Assembly (NCBI RefSeq): GCF_009914755.1
Contig: NC_060946.1
Strand: one strand, 5' to 3'
Source of the DNA: the human T2T-CHM13v2.0 reference genome, Homo sapiens
DNA: 64,000 nt
This document shows, one piece after another, positions 1-12,632 of this stretch; positions within the stretch are counted from its first letter, which is position 1; every line of letters begins with the position of its first letter. Both the position numbers and the translations under genes were made by a program. A model generated the notes under the pieces. It searched no databases and was not told the DNA's origin. It was given only the letters and a program-made list of their open reading frames with translations.

Positions 1-399
1 GAATATGAAGATTCATTTGCTGTAATCTCCTTGTGATCTTTTAAAGTAGTTTCTTGTGCTTTTAAAAATAACACTATAATGGTCTATATGTGTATCAGTT
101 TTTACAATAATTTGTCTAAACTTTAGCTTATACAGTGTGCATGAAGAACCAAGTGCAGTCTGAATTAGCACAATGCAAATAGAAAACCGAACTTTTATTT
201 TCCTCACAAAATTATATCTAATATAAACCTTATGTAAAATAGAGAATTTTTAAGTGCTTGTAAAATAATAACAAAATCATACATAATGTCAGTGTAGGAG
301 AAAAGTTAAGGATTTTATATCACACTAAAATGCATTTCTAAATTGACTTAGTATTGTTATAAAACATATTCTTGAATATTGTATCAGAATTTATCACCA

Positions 400-1159
400 C
401 TATTGAAGTCAAAATAAAGATGGATCTCTAAATTATACAATTTATTTGGGAATCACAGAATTGTAGTTCTGAACAAAACTGAAAACCACGGTGGTCTTCT
501 ATATGTGTGAAGGACAAAGAGAAGATTGGGGGTTTACTAGCAAGGGAAATGCTATATATTGTTTTGAAAGAAAGCACACGGACACTAGAGAAGATTTTGG
601 GAGCTGATCAAGCAAGCCTAATGGGAGGCAAATCTTTTGAGACTTCCCAGGAGCCCAACTATAAAATCCCTTAGTCAATTTTAAGTGAAAAAGACTTAAA
701 TTTGAATTTGATTCTGTGGAAGTTTGTCATTTGTTTGGATGCAAAAAGCCTAAAAATATTTAATTAAAGTAGAATTACATATCCTTGAGAGATAATGGTC
801 ACTTATTTAACCAGAGTAATAATGGAAAGACTTCAAAAACAAATTCAAAAGTTACCTGGTCAAGAGAAAAAAATACTTAGACCTGTGTTAGAGATGACTT
901 AGTTTTTTCAGGCGGTCAAAACCCGAATAAAGACAGCCCAAACCACAAGAAGCTATCTTAAAACATAAAATATCTGCTTGTTAGGTGGATTACTTAGAGA
1001 GAGAGAAAAAAAAAACCTTTTGTAATATGACCATTTCTCTTGGTATATGCCCTTTTGAGTAAACTGGAAATTAAACCCCATGAAAAACTACTTTAATTCA
1101 ACTAGACGCTGGAAGAGTGTATGTCTAAAGTTATATGTAAACCATATTATAGAATAATA

Positions 1160-1200
<41 letters not shown>

Positions 1201-1625
1201 AGTAGTACCTCCACCAGGTGGAATGGATGGCTTTTTAGAAAAAGAAAGAGCATGTGAAATTTCCTGGTTACATAGAACAATCTGGATACATCAGGAAAAG
1301 CCAAGAGTACAGAATTAATCTATACCAGAAAAACATTGTTTTTCCAGTTTTTTTCTTGAGACAAACGTTCTCGGTGTCAGGTTATAATACCAGAGTGCGA
1401 AGTGGGAAAAAATGCAATAGGAACTGACAAAAAAAAAAAAAAATGAGAGAGAGAGTCACCACTTTAGTTAATCAAAAAGATGTACTGTTTTAAGGAGAGA
1501 AGTAACAAGAGCAGAAGGCATTGATGTATTAACTGCAAATTACACGTATTGAGATGCATAAAAAGCCAAACCCTTGGGATAAAAATCTGAAAAGCTTTAA
1601 GAGGAAAAGTCTACCTCCTGAAATG
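400..1625. mobile_element. Probable degenerate ERV1-class internal segment (MER-int type)
   Basis: AT-rich non-coding sequence whose composition and motifs resemble non-autonomous ERV internal regions; family and boundaries not established. Confidence 0.3.
1160..1200 (+). repeat. (CA)n microsatellite
   Basis: Direct CA run visible in the sequence. Confidence 0.95.
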
Positions 1626-1634
1626 AAGTGATCA

Positions 1635-2415
1635 TTTTTTTTATTGCTGCTTCTAAAAAAAGGATACATGTACAGGATGTGCAGGTTTGTTGCATAGGTA
1701 TACGTGTGCCATAGTGGTTTGCTGCACCTATTGACCCATCCTCTAAGTTCCCTCCCCTCATCCCTATCCTCCAATAGACCGTGGTGTATGTTGTTCCCCT
1801 CTCTGTGTCCATGTGTTCTCAATGTTCAACTCCCACTGAATGAGAACATGCAGTGTCTGGTTTTCTGTTCTTGTGTTAGTTTGCCGAGGATGATGGCTTC
1901 CAGTTTCATCCATGTCCCTGCAAAGGACATGCTCTCATTCATTTTTCATGGCTGCATAGTATTCCATGGTGTATATGTGACATATTTTCTTTATCCAGTC
2001 TGTCATTGATGGGCATTTGGGTTGGTTCCAGTCTTTGCTATTGTAAATTGTGCTGCAATAAGTAGAATGATTTATATTCCTTTGGGTATATACCCAGTAA
2101 TGGGATTGCAGGGTCAAATGGTATTTCTGGTTTTAGATACTTGGGGAATCACCATGCTGTCTTCCACAATGATTAAACTAATGTATATCCTCACCAACAG
2201 TGTAAAAGCATTCCTATTTCTCCACAGCTTCATCAGCATCTATTGTATCCTGACTCTTTTAAATAATCACCATTCTGACTGGCATGAGATGGTATCTCAT
2301 TGTGGTTTTGATTTGCATTTCTCTGATGATCAGTGATGTTGAGCTTTCTTTCATATGTTTGTTGGCCAACTTCTTTTGAGAAGTGTCTGTTCATATCCTT
2401 TGCCCACTTTTTAAT
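1635..2415 (-). mobile_element. 5'-truncated L1PA element (3' UTR and ORF2 end)
   Basis: Canonical L1 3'-end sequence (gtgcaggtttgtt..cataggtata, catgtccctgcaaaggacatg); minus-strand ORFs give ORF2 C-terminal peptides [14 protein letters not shown] and WNQPKCPS. Confidence 0.92.
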
Positions 2416-2724
2416 GATATTATTGCTCATATTAACTTTGAAATGACTGAAAATTCAAAATAAAGACAAGAAAGATAAAATTATATTTTTTAAGTTACAG
2501 GTATGAAGTATTTTTGAAAGGAAAGAAACCTCTAGATTATATATACATGTATGTGTATATATTTATATGTATATGTGTGTATATATAATATATATATTGC
2601 TTTCAACAAAAAAATTATTAGAGTCAAAATAGTATCATCTCCAGATATTTTTATTTAGCTTGGTATCTAAAATCATTTAGGTGACCCATTCCCATGTTTG
2701 GAAAATTTTTAAAATTTGTTGTAT

Positions 2725-2935
2725 ATATCTGTGGTATTCAGTATAGTAGCCACTAGCTACTTAACTTTTAATCAGTTATAATTAAATGAAATTTAAAATT
2801 CAGTTCTTCCGTCATACTAGCTACATTTCAAGTGCTCAATAGACACACTTGGCGAGTGGCTACTTTATTGGACAGGGCAAGTATAGAATATTTCCATTAT
2901 CACAGAATATTTAACCAGACAGCATTGATCTAAAT
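2725..2935. mobile_element. MER3-like hAT-Charlie DNA transposon relic
   Basis: Motifs gtagccactagc, catttcaagtgctcaatag and gtggctact...ttggacag typical of MER3/MER33. Confidence 0.65.
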
Positions 2936-2941
2936 GGTTAA

Positions 2942-3207
2942 TTTTTTTTTTTTAACTGGAGTGCATTGGTACATTCTCAGCTCACTGCAACCTCTGCCTC
3001 CCAGGTTCAAGCAATTTTCTGCCTCAGCTTCCCAAGTAGCTGGGATTATAGGTGCCCACCACCACACTCGGCTAATTTTTTTATTTTTAGTAGAGACAGG
3101 GTTTCACCATCTTGGCCGGGCTGGTCTTGAACTCCTGACCTCATGATCCACCAGCCTTGGCCTCCCAAAGTGCTGGGATTACAGGCATGAGACATTGCAC
3201 CAGGCCA
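2942..3207 (-). mobile_element. AluS (internally deleted)
   Basis: Poly-T followed by Alu consensus ending caggcc. Confidence 0.9.
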
Positions 3208-5743
3208 AGTATCTTGTAGAGAAAGTTTATATTATGATTCAGATTTCCATTTCTTCACATTTTTTCTGAAAAGCTAAGGTTTTGTTATTGAACTACTATT
3301 AGAAGTTGAATGTGATCCTCTTCCAATGTCTGGCATTGCCTTCCTGTGGAATTAACACTCTGTGTGATTTAGAGTACACGTCCTGACTTTCTCAATGCTC
3401 ATAAATACCTTATCTGTAGGAAACTTTCTTGAAGGGAAAAGCAGCTTTAGCCTGTCTCCAGTATGTGGCCCTGACTTGCTTGTACATGTAATCTATTATG
3501 AAGGAAAAAGAGCCATCCTCACAAATCTACAAGATTAAAACTTCTAGCACAAACACAGCTTGAATCAGTGCTTCTGTAGCTTCTTTCAGCAAAGGGACCA
3601 TAGCCAGTACTGTGGCTACAACATATGCCTTGCCATCAGATACAAGAGTTAGGCTTCATATCCACGTCCTGTACAATAAAAAGCTTTAAATCTGAGTGGA
3701 ACATCCATAGAACTAGCTCATAGACAACGCAGAAGTAGGAACACTTCGGTCTGTGTTCAAGTAAAATGAAGGTTGAGATTTCTTTATGCAGCAGAAGAAG
3801 CAGGATTCCGTATCTGTCTTTGGAGTCAGGTTGGTCTTTGAAAGAAAACCAATTTGCTTTTAAGAGGTTCTAATCTAGCAGGATACCAGATGATGGCAAG
3901 CGTGTTTAAACCAAGTATAGACTAAGGGATTGGTACATTGATAAACTACCTTCTGTTTCAGCAGAGGGTAATTAGGGTGCCAGCAATGCTGTTATTACTA
4001 CTAAGGTCACCAAGGACCTAGATCAAGAAGTTCCATCCAGCAACACCTTATTACAGTGTACAGAGGTCAACAGTCAGAGGTAAAAGAAAAAGAATAATCT
4101 TTTATCAGACTTTTACATTACATTGATAATTTTTAATACAGAATATTTTTCATTCTTTTATTTTGATTCACTGGTATTTATTTCTGATTCTGACTCTGCC
4201 TACTGTTATTCACCCTACTTGTTAATGCTAATCTATTCTTTTTATTTGTAAAAGCATAACTTTTCTCAGGCATAGTTGTGTGTGTATATGTGTATTTAAC
4301 CTATTCTAGAAACATTAATTTAAAGTAGAAGAGATTGAGATTGCAGATTATAATAGCATGTAAAGAGTTTTATACAGTTAATACCTGAGAGTCTGCACAG
4401 TGGGGAACTCTGAAGTAATATGTAAGGTGTCAAGAACAAGCAGGTCAGGACTGTGGCACTCAAAGGGCAGGTAACCAGCTTTTCAGTAACATTTTTAAGT
4501 AGCAGTTTCAGAGATCCTTAGAGAATGCCAGGCAGTAAAGGACACATCTCAAAATCCATACAGCAGATTTCTGGTTTCCAAGTTTATGGGATATAGTACT
4601 TAATAAAGTATTTGAAACTCTACAATTGCTATGGAAGAGACATTCTGGAGAGTTACGTATTATCCAAAAATAAATTTTTCAGAAGCAAGAAATTTTAAAA
4701 TAAGAAACCAACCAAAAAAGAATGGCCAACCATTTAAACCTTTTTTTCCATTAATAAGGAGCTACATAGTCTGCTGGTGAAGAACTTGATAGAAATTGAC
4801 TGTTTTCACTTAGTGGGCTGATCCCCTTGTATCTGTGTCAGATAAAATCATAGCACTTATTATTTGTTACCGGATACCATGAAGATACTGCCATCCACTA
4901 AATAGTAGTAGAGGAAGACAACATAATTTTCTGCAACTAGTCCCGTTTTGCCTTCATAAGCTGCCTTTAACCATCCTGGTTCCACTGATGGGTCCACACT
5001 GGAAAATATCACTCTTTGTGGGAAGGAAAGCTCACGCTGTGCTCTCCTTTATAGGAGTACATGGCTTTGGCTTGGTGCCCAGAAGAAACTGGCTTAGGTG
5101 AACCAACATTTTCAAACAGTTGAGCTTTTGCTGCCACTACTGAGCCAGGACGCTGATAGCCATTGCTTGAGGTGGTGTCTAGTCTTAACCTCCTGCACAT
5201 TTTTGGAGGCAGGTCTGGGTTTGAAGCTTTGGGTGTCTCCTTGGAACCTACAGAAGTTAAGCTTTGAATAGATCCACTGTAGCTAATGTTTCCTTCAGCT
5301 GCAGAGATGGATCTGAGAGAAGAAGCAGAAGCTCTTTTCAGTCCTGAAAGCCCATAAGGCCCTTTCTTGACTAGGTCTATGGGTGGGGAAACATCCCCTG
5401 GGCTAGTGACCGAAGCAACACTCTGGCAATCTGATTCTGCATCTGTCTTGGTTGCATCTTCTCTAGAACTTGATTCAGGATTAGTTGTCCAGAGACCAAG
5501 GCTTTTCTGTCCATTGGAAGATTGGGTTGCAATCCAAGGAATCCCTCCAGATTTCTCCCTGGGCTGGCAGAAAGCTGACTTTGTAGTGCTATTTTGTTCT
5601 GAGGAAAGAGAAGAGAGTGACTTGATGCTCCCCATGGGGGTGCTGTCTGTGCTGCTGCTATAGGAATCACTATCAAGTTCAGCCAGGCATGGAGTACACA
5701 TCCCTCTGGGCTTCCTAGAGCCTGTAGAGAGGCAGATTGCTCA

Positions 5744-5805
5744 TGTCCTTTGGGATCCAGATCGAGACTGAGGCTGTCCTTTGGGATCCAGATCGAGACT
5801 GAGGC
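5744..5805. repeat. Perfect 31-bp tandem duplication inside ARHGAP42P
   Basis: tgtcctttgggatccagatcgagactgaggc x2 (5744-5774, 5775-5805); frameshifting. Confidence 0.95.
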
Positions 5806-6877
5806 TGAGGAAGAGGAATGCTTGGGTCTGGAGCAGTATGAAAAATCGTTTCACTGTGCTCTATCAGAATTTCTACACAATATTCTGAAATTTAATATTC
5901 ACCATAGCAGCCACAGTTTATTCTTGTGCTCTCATTAGAGTTGGGCCAAATATGACACCAAGATTTTAGACAGTCATGAGATTTTGTTGGCTGTGCAGTG
6001 ATACTTTGACCAGATGTTTTATTAAGATGTCCAGCATCTCTCTGTTTTTCTCTGGCAATGTGCACACCAATGCATGTACAGCCTCCACCCTGTAGTTTTG
6101 GTCATCAGATTTAACAGCAATGATACAAATCTTTGTGTAACTTGTAAGTTATCAGTGGTGCTGCAAAGCACCTGAGGTAGTTTTTCAGCCCACTCATTAT
6201 TGTCTTATTGTCCCACAGTTCAATATCAATATCAGGAGGGGATTTAGGACAAAATATGATATTCATGAGTTTTTGAACTTTGGAGTTCACTCCTCCTATT
6301 CAGTAGAGGCCTAAAATGGTGATACCACTGGTTTCCACAGCTTGAATGCAGTTTCTCACAAAATTGAACCCTGCTTCATTCAAATACATTTCTTCTTTCT
6401 TGCTTATAATGTCAGGCAGAGTATAAATCAGTTCCTTCCCATCCGTGGCTTCAAGCCAGAGTTTCCTATTAGCTTCTGAGAAGGCCTGTAATGTGATGAT
6501 CCCATGGCTTTCAACTACTTGTATGTCGAAGCAGAATTGTTTGTCAATTGAATCTGTCTTTCGTCGGATACAAGATTTTGAACATTTCCGGTGAGCTAGT
6601 AACAAGGCTGTTTAATCCATGTAAAACCAAGTGGTCATTTCTCCTGGACATGCAGATAGCCTTGCAGATTTCACCCTTTGCATCAACCCCTCTACCTCTT
6701 GTCAAGTACTTTCAAAATTATTCCTTGTATTCTGCAAGTCGAACTGCAGCTGTTGCTTATTTGGTGCAAATTCCTGGGCAAGTTCATATCCCTCGGGGTA
6801 AAAAAGTAAATAAATCCTGAAGAAATGACAAAAGCAGTTCAACAAATTCAAACTTCTGTTTTTCTTGAACCTCTTGA

Positions 6878-7205
<328 letters not shown>

Positions 7206-7849
7206 TTTAAAGACATTCTGATGATGCTTCATAGAAGTTCTGATGTGCTCAATCAATTTGTGTATCTGCCTCTTGCAAATGAGACTCCTTTTTCTTTGCA
7301 GATAAATTTAAATGCTTTTCAAGGATAGAGAAATATTTTTCACTCTCTTTGTCAAACTTCTTTCCACCTTTTGCTGCACCTATCTGTTCTTTTTGAAGTT
7401 TCTCAAGTGGTGCAATTAATACATCATTAGCGTTTTGGGTCAGTCTTCGCTTTTCTTCTACTGCAATGAGTAGTCTTGCAAATTATTTTAGTGACTGACC
7501 AATACTAATTTCATCATCTGTTTCAACATCACCAATACATTCAAATTGGAAATCTTGTAATGACTGGGAAAATTTCTGCACTGCCATAGACAGATCTCCA
7601 ACCTGGGTAGAGGTGTGTTACTGAAGGAACTCAGGGTTCCTTTGGAAAGGATGAAAGGGCAAGGGAACTGGGCAGGCAATCAACATTACCTGTCCTCAAC
7701 GCCCCAGTGAGCAGAGAGCCGTCCTTAATGAGCTCCTTGATGAACTTGTTGGTTCGCTCCAGCTCAATCTGGTGACACTGCAAGCGCTCCCTAAAATCCG
7801 GGCTGTCCAAGTAGTAATCACTGAACTCCAGAGTGGGCAGCCCCATGGC

Positions 7850-8130
7850 ACAGGCGCTGCCAGCGGCGGCCGCTGGCACGTCCGGGCCGGTGGTCAGGGC
7901 GGGGGCAGCTGGAGGCCGCGGCGGGCGCTGGGGCAAGCCAGGGGACTCGCTGGCAAGCCAGGGGACTGATCGCTGGAAGGAAATGGGACCGCGCGCCGCG
8001 CCGCCTGAGCCGGGCTCAGTCTTCCTCCCCCTGGGCGAGGCGAGCACAGGCCTGGCGGAGGGTCTAGGCGCAGGTCTGCTCAGGTTGTTGTCAACGGGAG
8101 GCACCCTCGTTGGGAGCGCTGGGACTGCGA
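7850..8130 (-). promoter_or_regulatory. CpG-rich 5' UTR carried by the ARHGAP42 retrocopy
   Basis: High GC with many retained CpGs (gcggcggccgc, ccgcgcgccgcgccgcc) in an AT-rich background; promoter activity is not shown. Confidence 0.5.
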
Positions 8131-9689
8131 GCAACACTGTTGATTATTAAAGAAGCACACAATAGAAGTGCTAATTTTATTTTACGAGTTCCTTGATAAT
8201 TTTTAGACTCTTTTGTAGGAAAAAAAAAAGTAGTGTGTTTATGCTTGCCCCAGGCTTCCCTGTATAAAAGCTGCTTTTTCTCAACTTTCAAAAATGAGTT
8301 TCTGATTGACATTAATGATTCTGTTAAATCTCTATATAAGGCAAAGGCAATTGGGAACATTTGGAAAGGCATTTGGAAACTTCCAAAATTATAAATATTT
8401 GCATTTAAACTTCCAAAGCCAGTTGTGTTCATTAGTTTTTTTTTAAAATTTTTCCTAAGAAATTATCTCACAAAAAGCAAGAGGCCTCTAGTGTAACTAG
8501 TTTTCAGTTTTCCTGTTACTGGAGTCAGATCAGCTGAAGCATGTTCAACCTCTCCCCTGTGGGCCAGTTACAGGGGAAGGAAGGAAGGAAGGAAGGGGGA
8601 AAGGGAGGAAGGGAGGAAGAGAGGGAGGGAGGGAAGGAAATGTAGTCCTGGGGATACACTAACAGTTCCAGAAACAGAAGCAATTTATTTTCTCAATTTC
8701 TTTCTTACCTTCTTTTACACTATCATTCACTAATTCAATCACCAGCATGGTTTTACATGTCCAGCTTCTTTCCTGTTCTTAAAAATCTCTTCCAATCGCA
8801 CCGTCTTTTTCTTAAAAGCTTCAAATTTCCCGTAGTTATTTTATTCAAGAGCCATGAGGTTCAACATGATTTCGTCATACACTCTGGATCACAGAATAGA
8901 ATCAGCAACCTTGGCATAGCCCAACACACACACACAAACACACACACACACACATACACACACACACGACACAACTTTCTGACCAGCATCTTTTGGAAAT
9001 GGAGTACTGCTGTGGAAGTAGAAAGGGAATTTTCCTATCATTAGGGACCTACAGTGTGGTAGGCACTAAGACAAACATTTGACTTCATTACTCTAATCCT
9101 CAGAAATCTCTGTAGTGTGCCTATTCCTATATCACAGATGAGATATTAGTTCATGAAAGCTGTCCTCTATCCAGGGTTATGTAATTTGTGCCCAGTTATA
9201 CAGCAAAATTGGAATGCAGGTCTCTAATCTCTAAAGCCCATACTTTCCCTATTGTAGTTTATTGCCTCTCCTAGGAAATTTCTTCCTCCATGACAATATC
9301 ATGAAGAAGGGGAAACTATTGCTTGTCACTTCTGAGTTAGTATCAACACTTCTTCCATCCTCTAGCACGAATAATGTAGCGACACCACCAATTCTGTTGC
9401 AGAGCAGAAATAATCTTAAGGTTGTTCAACTTCCTAGCCACCCTAGTTCCTTTCCTGCCCAGCTGCAAGAAAGAATTATTAAAGAACTCTGTGAAATTGA
9501 CCTTTGGTGTGGAAAGAAAACATGACAAGATGGTGAATCAAACATTGTGTTGCATTTAGCATTTATTATAGATTACTATGCAAAATGAACTAAAATTTTG
9601 TTAAATGCAAAATTGTCTATAAGAACAGCATAATATGTGCTTAATCCTACTTCTCTGCGATCACTTGATAAGTTAGTCAAATGATTGGC

Positions 9690-9990
9690 ATTTTAGACAT
9701 GATGGTGCAGAGAGGTAAGTAATTTGCCCCAGGCACATAGCAAATAAATGGCAGAATCAGAATTCAAATCCAGTCTTTCATGGCTCCAAAGGGCCTGAGT
9801 TCTTTCCAATACACTAATGGTTCTCAAATTCAGAGTGTATCAGAATTACTAGAGAGTGTGTTCAAAGTAAAGCTAGATGCCCAAGCTTTGACACTGCTGA
9901 ATGAGAATTTCCAGGGTCAGGACATATGTTTGTTTGTTTGTTTGAGCAACTTCCTAGGCAACCCTGCTATATGCCGAAGTTTGACGGCCA
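9690..9990. mobile_element. MIR fragment followed by MER5-like fragment
   Basis: MIR core (gagaggtaagtaatttgcccca..gaattcaaatccag) then MER5 motif (tggttctcaaa..gtatcagaatta). Confidence 0.6.
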
Positions 9991-11129
9991 TACCACTATA
10001 CCATGCTGCCTTATGGAGTTATAGAAATGATCCTTGCTAAAGCATTAAAAACGTGCCGACTAATCTTTACATCTTATGGGAGTTACTGGTGAACTAGCAA
10101 AAATTTTAACATTTTGTGAATTTCTGTTAATCTGTACATTGGGTATAATGGTTTTTGCTTAAATTAGAATGTACTTATTTGTGTTTAATTGTTCTAAACT
10201 TGGAGCTAATTTGTAGAATTCATTTATTTGCTTTTACTCAGCACTCTACAAATTCTCTGTAAAATGTTACAGTGTCTCTTTCACCTTGGGACACCAAATA
10301 TTCCACAGAGATTGCCCCTTAGTTTAAGGGACCTTACTCTTTTCTTTTACATATATATATATGTATATGTGTAAGCAGGTCTTGGTGGGTTAATGGGACT
10401 AAATAAGACAGTTATTTTTGAAGAGCAAGACTTAGTAAAATAATTAAAGATCAAAGATTCTCATGACTAGAAAAGATTTGATTACCTTCAATGAGCCCAA
10501 TGAAGTAGAGGCCAAATCTCCTGTGGATACTACCAAAATGAGGTCATGTGGCTAACTCGTTGATTGTTAAGAGACCACATTAAAGGCTTCTGAATTGTTT
10601 CAAAAGCGTTATATAAATTTAATGCCCCTACCCCAATTCCTGCTTCTAATAAAAATACAGTGTTAGTGTCTGACTACAGAAGTCATACATGAGGAGTTTA
10701 TATTTTTATTTTTTACTTTATTTATTAATTTTTTTGAGATGAAGTCTCACTCTGTTGCCCAAGCTGGAGTGCAGTGGCACAATCATGGCTCAGTGCAACC
10801 TCCACCTCCCACACTCTCATTTTTATAGAGTTTTCCTGACTGTTCTCATTGCATATACTTCTTGATTAAATTTAAGATAATCTTGCCAGGTTTTTAAAAA
10901 TCTTGGGAGTTTGGTTGGAATTACTTTATAGATATAGAATACTTTAGAAACATTTAGCATATTTAAAATATTGACTCTTCCTATCCAAGAACAATATGTT
11001 TTCCCATTTATTCAATTTTTGCTTTCTGTTATTATATTAATTTATGATTAATTTGATATAAATGTTCACATTTGAACATTTCTTGCTTTGTATTCTCTAA
11101 TTTTTGTTTATATACAGGCAAGCTAATGT

Positions 11130-11443
11130 TTCTTTCTTTTTTTTTTTTTTTTTTTTTGAGATGGAGTCTTGCTCTGTTGCCCAGGCCGGAGTGCAGTGGC
11201 GCGATCTCGGCTCACTGCAAGCTCCGCCTCCCGGTTTCACGCCATTTTCCTGCCTCACCCTCCTGAGTAGGTGGGACTACAGGCACCCGCCACCGACCGT
11301 GCCCGACTAATTTTTTTGTATTTTTAGTAGAGACGAGGTTTCACCCTGTTAGCCAGAATGATCTCGATTTCCTGACCTCGTGATCCGCCTGCCTCAGCCT
11401 CCCAAAGTGCTGGGATTAAGGCTTGAGCCACTGTGCCTGGCCT
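11130..11443 (-). mobile_element. AluY
   Basis: Long poly-T and Y-type diagnostics (gcaagctccgcctccc, ttcacgccatt). Confidence 0.9.
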
Positions 11444-12454
11444 TTTTATATAATTTTTATCAGTGGACACCTTACTGAACTATAGTACACTTTAGCTTTT
11501 TAAAAAAGCTGCTTCTGTTTTCCAGGTATGCAATTATATAATCCTATAGTAATTTTTGTGACTGTCTTTTTAATATCTATATTTCTTCATTAATTTTAGT
11601 TTTCTTTCTAATTACTTACAAGGCTAGGACCTCAGAACAATGTTAAGTAGTAGTTGTGACTGCAGGCATTATTTCTAGCCCTGGCTTTACAAGCAGTATT
11701 CCTAGCTTTTCACCATTAAGAATGACATTGGCTAGCAAATTAAATACATATTGTTTAATCATTTTATTCCTATTCTAGTGAATTCATTTAATGAAATTGG
11801 AAATGAAAACTAAACATCGTCTTAAACTTTTCAAAATACATACAGATTATTATATAGTTTTTCTCTTTTTGAGTTAAATTAAATTAATAAGTTTCCTGGT
11901 ATTCGATAAACCATGTATTCCTAGAATGAAGTATTTCATTGTTATCACATACTGTCTATATAGCTTTGTATTCCAGTAGTTGCAATTTCAGATTTTGACA
12001 TCAATTTTCATGTCTGGCCTGGAACTTTATAACAACTTATATTGCTCATTTAAAAATCCACTGTTGCTTCTCTCCAGTTTATTTATATTTTCCAATTTCT
12101 TCAGTTAGATGCTTAATTTACATGTTTTTTGTTCTTTTAATGGCTGCTTATAGAAGCACCTTTGTAAATTCAGAGGATTGTGATTCTTTTTCCAGTTGAT
12201 TAGAGCCAAGTGACCTCTAAATATGCCATACAGTGCATCAGTGAATAGGGTTTATGTACACAAACACATCATCAATACATAAGACATTCCAAGTATCACA
12301 TAACTGTGCAGCCGTGCCCCATCCTTTTCTTCCTGGTGTTTTGGTGCAGTCACCAAAATCTGATAGGTATGCCAGTTATGGGAGTAGGTGCAGTTATAGC
12401 AAGGCATGATGCTGACTTATCTCACTGTATTTCCTTCTGCTTAATCTTCTGTAG

Positions 12455-12632
12455 ACATGCTGTGCAACTTAACATCACTGCCACCCAGAAGCTCTTACGG
12501 CTAGTCAGATGCCAAAGCTGGAAGCCTTTATACATATCTCTACTGCCTTTTCAAATGGTAACCTGAAGCACATCGATGAAGTTGTTTATCCGTGCCCTGT
12601 GGAGCCAAAAAAAAAATCGTCGATTCCCTTGA
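12455..12632 (+). pseudogene. FAR2P: FAR2 (fatty acyl-CoA reductase 2) paralogous exon, unprocessed pseudogene fragment (about exon 4)
   Basis: ag|ACATGCTGTGCAACTTAAC...TCCCTTGA|gtaatt. Encodes HAVQLNITATQKL..ASQMPKLEAFIHISTAFSNGNLKHIDEVVYPCPVEPKK..DSLE, with an apparent 4-nt deletion and an A10 run (frameshifts). Confidence 0.92.

Noticed and set aside
5744-5805. Direct repeats of 21-31 bp (here, 43662-43732 and ~59521-59562) as CRISPR-like arrays
   Set aside because: Head-to-tail duplications without spacers in primate DNA; no cas genes.
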